From: a virus
Taxonomy: Duplodnaviria > Caudoviricetes
Virus record (IMG/VR): IMGVR_UViG_3300037308_000082
Span: 1-50,965 of that record
Strand: one strand, 5' to 3'
Length of the DNA stretch: 50,965 nucleotides
The notes beneath the pieces were generated by a model. It ran no database searches. It had not been told where the DNA came from and saw only the letters and a list, made by a program, of their open reading frames with translations. Both the position numbers and the translations under genes were made by a program. Of the stretch, positions 1-8,000 are shown piece after piece; the stretch's first letter is position 1; every line of letters starts with the position of its first letter.

Positions 1-127
1 GAGCCGCTTCTGGTCCACGGCGGCGTTGATCGCGTCACGCGGGTCCTCGCTCACCACGACCAGGGACTCGTCGAAGGTGCGCGGGATGCGGGCGATGGCG
101 AACCGCTCCGACACGCGCTGCCCCCGA
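1..127. repeat. 127-bp terminal direct repeat (identical to 50839-50965); circular-assembly overlap
   Basis: Exact match gagccgcttc...cccccga at both ends; the capsid ORF continues in frame across the join. Confidence 0.95.
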
Positions 128-702
128 TTGGCGGCCTGCTGGTACGTGGCGACGTTGAAGCCGCCGAGACGGCTGTTGATCGCGACCGCCATGTCCCGGA
201 GGGTCAGCGGGCGGCCCACGTCGAAGCCAGCCGCGCCCTGCGCAGCGAGGGCGAGGGTGGTTGGCTTCACGGGCTCCTCCACGGTGGCGGGCTTGGCAAG
301 CGAGCCCAGGTCGATGTTGATCACCGGGCGGGTGCGGCCTCGGCGACCTGGGGCGCGGCGAAGACCACTGGCAGCCACCGGAACGGGTGCGGCCTCGGCC
401 TCGGCGACCGGGGCCTCGACGGGCTCTGGCTTGGCCAGGATCCGGTCAGCGATCTCCTTGGCCGACGTGGACCGGGCCAGTGCGGCGGCCTCGCGCTTGG
501 TGACCTCGCCCTTCAGCGCCTCGATGCCCTCGGCGAGAGCGGAGAGGGCCTGCAGGCTCTCGTCGGTCGGCGAGGAACCGTCCTCGGGCAGCAGGCCCTG
601 GAAGACGCCGACGCTGCGGTCGTGGAGGTCGTGGAGGTCGCTGTCGCTGAGCGTGGACAGGTCCTCGGGGATGACGATCTTGTCGTCCTTCTTGCTGGAC
701 AC
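1..702 (-). CDS. Major capsid (hexamer) protein, N-terminal scaffold-like part; continues across the junction to 49846 (~564 aa total)
   Basis: GTG at 702 with GGAGG SD; open frame MSSKKDDKIVIPEDLSTLSD...QRVSERF joins ORF 49846..50952 in frame. Confidence 0.85.
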   Translation of the reverse strand, partial: MSSKKDDKIVIPEDLSTLSDSDLHDLHDRSVGVFQGLLPEDGSSPTDESLQALSALAEGIEALKGEVTKREAAALARSTSAKEIADRILAKPEPVEAPVAEAEAAPVPVAASGLRRAPGRRGRTRPVINIDLGSLAKPATVEEPVKPTTLALAAQGAAGFDVGRPLTLRDMAVAINSRLGGFNVATYQQAANRGQRVSERFAIARIPRTFDESLVVVSEDPRDAINAAVDQKRL

Positions 703-764
703 GGGGTCCTCCCTACGGGAAGTGAGTGGACGACCCGGCCCAAACGCCAGCAGTCAACGGGCTC

Positions 765-793
765 ATCATAGCGCAACTCTTGTGAGAGCGCAA
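765..793 (-). promoter_or_regulatory. SigA-type promoter for capsid gene (TTGCGC-17-TATGAT)
   Basis: Same -35/-10 and spacing as the repeated right-arm promoters. Confidence 0.7.
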
Positions 794-800
794 CCTTCCG

Positions 801-3800
801 TTACGACAGGCTTGCCTTGAACTCGCGGTAGGCAGCAAGGTTCGCACGCACCTTGTCCAACTGCTGCTGCTGGTTGAGCCGAAGCCCCGGCGGCAGGTCC
901 TCGGCGTCCAGAGCCTCCTGCATCTTGTCCAGCAACCTGTCGAGCGTGGCGGGGTTCTTGTCGCCGTCCTCAAAAGGCAACTTCTCCAACTCGCGCTCAA
1001 GGGCCTTGGCAGCCTTGATGGCTGCAGGAGACGATCCGTAGTCCTTGTCGTACTGGGCGGCGAGCCACCGACCCTCGACCACGGCGTTCTTGACAGGATC
1101 GGGCTCCCACCACACGATGTTGGGGTCCCGCTTCTGGCCCTTCGCGGGCACCTCAACCGGCGTCCAGGGGCGATCCAGGTTCTCCCCGGTCACCGTCTGG
1201 CCGCGCACTTTGTTCAGGACCTCACTCTTGCTGAGGATGTTCCCGTCCTGGTCCTTCCACTCCCCATTGCGCTGGCGCTCGAAACGGTCCTCGCCGGACA
1301 CAAGGACCTCCCAGGGGTCCATGTCCGGGAAGATGTTGACCTCGACCTGTGCGCTCTCTTTCACCGGGAAGGAGCCCGACGACGCAGGGGCGGCTGACTC
1401 AGGAGTCTCGCCAGCGAGGATCGTGCCCCCCTCCTGCTCGACGCCGTACAGCACGTCCTCGTCCGTGTAGATCTCGCCGTCAGGGTCAGTCCAGGCGCCA
1501 TCTGCGCCGCGCTTCAGCGGAACAGGGTCGCCGTCGCCGTAGTCGATCGTGATCTCGTCGAGATCGGCGAGTTCGTCTGCCGACATGCCGACACCGTCGT
1601 CCAACTGATCGAGCCCGCCCCAGGCCACGCTCTCCTCAGTCCCGTCGTCAAAGCGCACACGGACCTGGCCTGCGTTGTCGCCGGGGCCGATGACCTCGCC
1701 GTCACGGTCGGGGATGCCCTTGTTGGGGAAGCCCCTCGACGACACCCGGTCGCCGACTGTGATGGCCCCGCCACCGTGGTACTCCAAGATGCCAACCTGA
1801 CCCGGTGCTCCCGTCGCGGGCTCCTTCGGAGCGACCGGGGGACCGAAGGTCTCCCCATCGACGCTACGAACCGTCAACTCCGCGTCACCACCGGCCAGGA
1901 TGTCCGACGACGAAATCTCGGCTCCGAGAGGCAACTCATCGTCCTCGGCAGTGGGTCCAGGCTTCGAGACCTCCCATGTGCCCAGGCCGGTCTTGGTGAA
2001 CTCGTACCCGGCGTCGTCGGCGATCACCGCTCCAACCGGAAGATCGTTCACTACGGTAGCCTCGGGCCAGTCGTCCTCATTATCGCTAGGGATGATGGTG
2101 CCGTCCGGGTTCACGCCGGGGAAGTCGATCGTCCCGGCCGCCTGCTTCTTGAAGAAGTCACCCTCACCGGGCACCATGTCAGTCTTCTCGGACTCTACCG
2201 GAACGGCGTCCTCGTCTTCCCACAACTCACTCCACAAGGGCTGAGCATCGGGATCGCCCTCTTCGATGTCTACTGGCGAGTCGTCTTCGTAGTTGTCGAG
2301 CAGCATGCCGGTCGTCAGCAGTCCCAACTCAGGATCCTCGTTGTCGGCCAGCGTAGAGTTGAGAACCGTCCACGTACCGTCCTCGTTCTTGCGGAGGTTG
2401 TCGGTGAACTCTCTGTCGCTCAGCCTGATCACGGAACCAGCGGGCAGGTCGTCGAGAGCCTGCTTCTGCGCGGCGTGGTCAGTCGGGTCGATTGCCTTCA
2501 GGGCCGTGAAGGCGTCCTCTACGGGTGCAGGCGTCACACCGATGTCCGTCTCGGCAGTGCCGATGTCAGTAACGTCTGCGGCGTCCACGTCAGCGGTCGC
2601 GTCGGCGGCACCGATGTCGCCCTCACCGCTGCCGATGTCGGCCTCGTCCAGCAGGCTGAGGTCAGCATCCTTGACGGTCGCGATGGACTCGCGCACCTTG
2701 TCCAGGCTCTCGCCCAGGTCACCGGCCGCGATTTCAGGGATCTCGCCCATGTCCACGGCGTCCTGCAACTGGGCCTCGACCGCACTCAGCGCGATGTCGG
2801 CCTCGACAGCCGCCATCTTCGCGCCCTCGCCGTCAGCGATGCGGAGCGAGTCGGCCGCATTGCGAGACCACTCGGCGGCCTTCTCCATGTTTTCGCCGAT
2901 GTCACGCATTTTGTCGTCGCTGAGGGAGACCTCGGGGGAGTCCATGAGGCCCTGCAGGAAGACCTCGAAGTCATTGAAGGCCAGGTCTGGCATGTCGATC
3001 CACTGGCCACCCTTCGGGTTGCCACGGGGAACGCGCCACTGAGTCTCGTATCCAAACTTCATGGTGCCATTGTAACTGGAACGGGCCTCTCGCGCAAGTC
3101 GAGAAGCCATCTTGGCGACCTGGAACCGGGCGATCTGGGTCTCCACCGTGCCGAGACCAGCCGCCACGAGCGACACCACATCGCCACTAGCCACGAGCGC
3201 CTGCGGCCGGGGCACCGGGAAGCCCGGAATGTTCACGGCTAGGATGCCGACCAACTCAAGGCCCTTGCCGATCCGGCGCCAGTCGCCCGAGACCGGCGCG
3301 GCCCGCAGGCTGTCTACGTCGGCCTCGGGGTGCGCGGCACCCGTGATCCAGATGCCAAAGGCATCCTCGCCTGCCCGAACGTAGGCGCCGACCGCCCCGG
3401 TGTGCTCGTAGTGGTGGACCGTGTCATTGGCCGCCAGGCGAGCCCCCGCGTGCAGGGTGTTGGTCGTCAGCCGCCCAACCGCCACCCGCCCGGAGGTCGT
3501 CACGACCTCGTGCGTGTTGAAGAACGAGTAGTTCGTCGGCGAGGACGGTGGCTGCGTGCAGACGTTCGCGCCCTCGGGGTTGCCGATGTGGCACGAGCCC
3601 CACAGCGCGATGTGCCCGAAGACGTGGCCGTCGTCGGTGACCGTCAGCGGGGTCGGCCCTGGCAGGCGCGGGTCCTCGAAGAACTTGGCAGGGAAGGGTG
3701 TTCCTGCAGCGATCAGCACGGCCGTACTCCACTTCTCTGGGACACTGATGTCGGGGCAGTCAAGCGCAGCGGCCCGCTTCTTGATGTGCGCCTTTACCGC

Positions 3801-4658
3801 TGCCGGGTCCTTCGCCCGGCCGATGGCCTGGATGGCGTTGGCAAGGTCAGCGCAGTTGGCGATCGGGTACGAGCCGTCTGGCATAGCCTCGCCCGCCTTA
3901 GCCTGCTTCTCACGGGTCTCGGTCGAGTAGTCGCGCAGGACAGCAACGTTGTGCGCTGCCGTCGCCCGTGCCTTCGCCTTTTTGGCTTCCCACTCGGCCA
4001 GAGCAGCACACGCCTCGGCCCGGCTCGCCGCATTGACCTGCTGAGCGCCGGGGAAGTTCACGTCCCCGGTCGCGCACATCTTCTTGACGGCGTTCACCGC
4101 GACCGCGATGGCGTGGCCCTCGGTCATGCCCTTCTTCTGAAGGTGCTTGGCGATGCGCTTGATGTACTTGGGTAGCCCGCCTGCTTCCTCGACCCAGTTG
4201 AAGGTCTCCTCTGTCGCCGACGCCCGTAGGGTCGTCACGTCGGTCGAACTGATCCTGGCCCCGTCGAACGCCGGGATGGCAACGAGCGTCGCCCCGCGCA
4301 CCCGTGCCTCAGTGATCAGTATGTCCACGCCATCGTCCTCGATGAGCGTGTTGTCCAGGTCCATCGAGATTCCCGGCGTGAGACGGCCGTGGACTTGCCG
4401 GTACGCTTCGCGCCCACGCTCGGACTCCAAGTCGAAGTCACCGTGCGCGATGATGCGGCCCTGACTGTCGCGGCTCAGGCCCAGGATGCGGCCGACCACG
4501 ACGGCACCGTCATGCGCTCCGAAGTCCTCGGGAGCCCAGCGCAGTGGCAGGGGGAGTTCGCCCCAGGTCAGGCTGTTGCTCTTGATCGTCCGGCCATCAC
4601 CCGTGCGCTGACCTTCCAGCCCGATCGGCCCCCACCACCGTGCCTGAGTCGTCGTCAC
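801..4658 (-). CDS. Capsid maturation protease polyprotein with long acidic C-terminal extension (1285 aa)
   Basis: N-terminal TGDGR...LPLPL...GAHDGAVVVG...GISMDLD...GATLVAIPAF protease-like motifs; DGSYPI insert; GHIALWGSCHIG domain; lies between MuF and capsid genes. Confidence 0.8.
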   Translation of the reverse strand: MTTTQARWWGPIGLEGQRTGDGRTIKSNSLTWGELPLPLRWAPEDFGAHDGAVVVGRILGLSRDSQGRIIAHGDFDLESERGREAYRQVHGRLTPGISMDLDNTLIEDDGVDILITEARVRGATLVAIPAFDGARISSTDVTTLRASATEETFNWVEEAGGLPKYIKRIAKHLQKKGMTEGHAIAVAVNAVKKMCATGDVNFPGAQQVNAASRAEACAALAEWEAKKAKARATAAHNVAVLRDYSTETREKQAKAGEAMPDGSYPIANCADLANAIQAIGRAKDPAAVKAHIKKRAAALDCPDISVPEKWSTAVLIAAGTPFPAKFFEDPRLPGPTPLTVTDDGHVFGHIALWGSCHIGNPEGANVCTQPPSSPTNYSFFNTHEVVTTSGRVAVGRLTTNTLHAGARLAANDTVHHYEHTGAVGAYVRAGEDAFGIWITGAAHPEADVDSLRAAPVSGDWRRIGKGLELVGILAVNIPGFPVPRPQALVASGDVVSLVAAGLGTVETQIARFQVAKMASRLAREARSSYNGTMKFGYETQWRVPRGNPKGGQWIDMPDLAFNDFEVFLQGLMDSPEVSLSDDKMRDIGENMEKAAEWSRNAADSLRIADGEGAKMAAVEADIALSAVEAQLQDAVDMGEIPEIAAGDLGESLDKVRESIATVKDADLSLLDEADIGSGEGDIGAADATADVDAADVTDIGTAETDIGVTPAPVEDAFTALKAIDPTDHAAQKQALDDLPAGSVIRLSDREFTDNLRKNEDGTWTVLNSTLADNEDPELGLLTTGMLLDNYEDDSPVDIEEGDPDAQPLWSELWEDEDAVPVESEKTDMVPGEGDFFKKQAAGTIDFPGVNPDGTIIPSDNEDDWPEATVVNDLPVGAVIADDAGYEFTKTGLGTWEVSKPGPTAEDDELPLGAEISSSDILAGGDAELTVRSVDGETFGPPVAPKEPATGAPGQVGILEYHGGGAITVGDRVSSRGFPNKGIPDRDGEVIGPGDNAGQVRVRFDDGTEESVAWGGLDQLDDGVGMSADELADLDEITIDYGDGDPVPLKRGADGAWTDPDGEIYTDEDVLYGVEQEGGTILAGETPESAAPASSGSFPVKESAQVEVNIFPDMDPWEVLVSGEDRFERQRNGEWKDQDGNILSKSEVLNKVRGQTVTGENLDRPWTPVEVPAKGQKRDPNIVWWEPDPVKNAVVEGRWLAAQYDKDYGSSPAAIKAAKALERELEKLPFEDGDKNPATLDRLLDKMQEALDAEDLPPGLRLNQQQQLDKVRANLAAYREFKASLS

Positions 4659-4667
4659 GAGAGCATC

Positions 4668-5087
4668 CTACCGCACTTCGGCTGCAAAGTGAGCAACGAA
4701 CGCCGCCAACTCCGCCGACGTGTACTCGGCCTCGCTCTCCGTAAGGGCGCCCGCGAAGGCGCTACGAATCCCCTCGACGGCGGAATCGATCGAGATCTCC
4801 TGCTGAGCGTGGCCCCGGAGGTACAGCATGACCTCGGTCGAGTAGGCCACGGTATCGCCCTCGGCGTCTTCGGCGGTGCGCCACTCGATCCCGCCGTCGT
4901 TGTACCGGAGCGTCCCCACGACCTCACCCGTTGGGGTGTGCAGTTCGAGCACCGTCACCTTGCCGTCGTCCGGCGGGTCATACTCCTTGGGAACGCTGTC
5001 CGTCCTGCTGGGTGGGACAGCGTGGTGGGAGTTCTCGAAGTAGTCGGCCTGTTCCTCGGGCGTCATGTCCTCCACAGACTTCATCAC
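4668..5087 (-). CDS. Acidic 139-aa protein, candidate immunity/antitoxin for the upstream MuF-ART
   Basis: Start overlaps the MuF stop (ATGA-type coupling); function inferred from position only. Confidence 0.55.
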   Translation of the reverse strand: MMKSVEDMTPEEQADYFENSHHAVPPSRTDSVPKEYDPPDDGKVTVLELHTPTGEVVGTLRYNDGGIEWRTAEDAEGDTVAYSTEVMLYLRGHAQQEISIDSAVEGIRSAFAGALTESEAEYTSAELAAFVAHFAAEVR

Positions 5088-8000
5088 AGGGCCTCCGTGT
5101 CTGCCTGGAAGTGTGTGCCAATCATACCCGGCGGCGGCGGCAAGGGCAGAGCCTGCGGGTTGTCGGGCTCCCCACTCCCCGGCGGAAGAATCTCGGCCTG
5201 AACGAAGTAGGTCCCGTTCCTGTACTCGACCGCGTGGATGACGTACTGCGTTCCCCGTGCCAGCAGGAACTCACGCTCACCTGTGCCGACAGAACTCTTG
5301 TTGGCGACCCAGCCTCCGTGTGTCCCGGCCGGGGCGCGGAACACAACTTGGTACTTCATGTGGCTGAAGGCAGCGCCCGAACCGATGCTGGTGCTCATGT
5401 AGGCGTTCTGCGTCTTGACCTGCCCGATCATCGCCTCCAACTCTGGCAGGCTCGGAGCCGGGATCCCAAACATCTTGCCGCCGTCGCCACGGAACAGGTA
5501 GGCGTCTGCCTGGGTCGGGTGCTTCGTCGCCTTGTCAAGCACCGAGACCTTGCTCACAAGGGAGGGCGGTATCGGCTGCGGCGGGACGTCTCGGAGACCA
5601 CCGTTGATGCCGGTGTAGCCCCCACCTGTGAAGGAACTGAGGGCGCCGCTAGAGGATGGCTCGTAGAAGATCTCTTGGGCTCGCTGGTTCATGTCTTGCC
5701 AACTCATACCCATCCAGGGCTGAGCCCCCGCCATCCCTAGGAGTGACGTCGGGTTCTCCTTGCGCCACGCCGCGTAGTCGGCCTCCCAGGCAGCCTTCGC
5801 GATCTCCCAGGCAGCCTTGTCCTTTTCCCACTTCGCGTGCTTACCTGCGAAGCCCTGCTTGGCTTCCTCGATGACGGCCAGCGCCTCGTCGTAGAGCGCC
5901 TGGTCGAGATACTGCTTGGCAAGAAGGGCGTCCAGGTTGCTCTTGACGCCACCGGACCCGCCCTCAACGTCCATCACCTTCTGGATCTGGCCCCACTTGT
6001 TGCTCTGCTGCACGCTCGACTTAGCCGCGTTGGGGTTCGCCTTGTACCGGGCCTCGACCTTCGCCAGCCAGGATGCCCAGGCGGCCTTGGTCGGCTTGTC
6101 CGGCTTGGGCTCGTCGGGCATCGTCGGCATGACCGGCGCAGGCTTGTTCTTCCAGGTGGTCTTGCCGTCAATCTTCGCGCCCGGCTTCGCGCTGCCGGGC
6201 GTCCTGATGACGGCCGTGGTCTGGCCGTGCCCGATCCACAACTTCTGGCCGGTCGTCGTGGTAACCGTTGTCCAGATCGTGCCATGCGAGACAGAAGCCA
6301 CGGTTGGCTGAGACTCGTGCTTGCCCTGATAGCCGCTCTCGGCGGGCACCAACTTGCCGCCGGACTTTTTGAGGACGGTCCCACCGATCTGCTGCAACTG
6401 CAGCACGTCGCCGATCTCGATCTTGGTGCCAGGGACCTCGATCTCGGCAGGCTCGACCTCGCGCTCGATCGGAACGGAGACACCCTGCTCGATCCACAAC
6501 TGCTGCCCGGTCGTCGTGGTGATCGTCGTCCAGATCTTGCCCTGCACGACCGTGGCAACCTCGGGCTGATCGTCGTGCTTGCCTTGCTTGCCCATCACAG
6601 CGGGCACCAACTTACCGCCGGACTTCTTCAGCACGGCGCCACTGAGAGCCAGCACGTCGCCAGGGACGATCTCGCTCGACGGCACCGTGATCTCGGTGGC
6701 AGCCTTCGTGCCGGGTGTGGGCGGCGGCAGCGGGTCGGGCGCGGTCTCAGGCTTCTCGACACCGGCCCGCTTCAGCACGTCGTCGCGCCGGGCCTTCAGG
6801 GTCACCTTCAACTTCGTGCCAACGGGGTCCTCGGCACCAAAGATGTCGTTCACGGCCGCGTCGATGTCGGCGTTGGAGATGAACAGCAGGGTCTCGGCGC
6901 TCTCCTGCAACTCCGCGCCGCTCATCGACCCGAAGACGTTGGCCGCCTGCGGGTTCTTAGTGTGACTCCGCATCGAGACCCACTCGGACGCGCTCTCACC
7001 GAAGGCATCACCCTTCGGCCCGCCCTGCGCTCGGAACAGCAGAGAGCCGCCCAGGTCCACTCGAACGAGGGTGCCGTCCGGCGTCGTGAGAGCGTTGTCC
7101 TCGGTAAGCCCGACGACATCCCAGTTCGCCAGCCACACGTCGGCGGCGAAGCCCTTCCGCATCTTCTTGCGAGCCTCAGTGTTCAGGCCGACCGTGCCGT
7201 CTAGCATCTCAGCCGATGTGCCGAGACGGCCCTCGTCGTCAGTGACCACCAACTGTGGGTTGGTGGTCTTGATCCCGGCAAGCGCGTACAGCCGCGCCGT
7301 CAGCGCCTCGTTCTTCGCGTGCAGATCGCTCTTGGACTGCTTGACGTAGTGCCGCTTGCCGTTCTCGTCTTCGTAGACCCCGCCAGGGTTGCTGCCCTTC
7401 GGGCCACTGATCTTCTTCCAGCCGGTCACGTCGGGGATCGGTTCGGGCAAGGTGTCCAGGTCCAGCGGTGAAGGCTGCTGCTGCGGCGGCGGCTCCCCGC
7501 TCTGCACGAGGTACACGGGCAGACCCGACTGAGCCGAGATGCCGTCTGCGTCGAGCACGAGAGTTGTCTTGTCCGTCTCGATCTGCACAGTGTCCGGCTC
7601 GTGGCCAGGCCCCACGGAGATGATGACGTGCTGCAGCCCGTTGCTCGTCTGGATCGTGTCGCCGGGCTTTAGGTCGTAGGCGTTCTCGACCTCTGGCAGA
7701 TCGTCGTCCTCGTCACCACCGGGCGCCACCTGTCCGGCAGCCACCCACGTCGTCTCGTGCTGACCGGGGCCGAAGTCCTTGTTGCTCTGCGGGTCGATGA
7801 AGACACTCGGGCTGCCCTCTTCCTCGAAGGTCACGAGGTAGTCGTTCGGCCCTTCCTCAACCTTTTCGATCGTGTAGACCGTGCCATCAACCTCTACCTG
7901 ATCGCCCGGTGACCACAGAGAGACGTTCGGCTCGGGCGACGTAGGCGCCTGCCCGCCCACGAGGAAGTTCTCGACGGGAGCGCCACCCGTGCTGGTCCCA

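Noticed and set aside
320-420. Short duplicated segment read in a shifted frame in the capsid scaffold (RRAPGRRGRTRP)
   Set aside because: The frame stays open; it is most likely local slippage in a low-complexity linker.
1776-3242. Long antisense and alternate-frame ORFs (also 5837..7204, 9362..10999, 35166..36959, 41210..43321)
   Set aside because: Shadow ORFs typical of high-GC coding DNA; no motifs or SDs, and they overlap well-supported genes.
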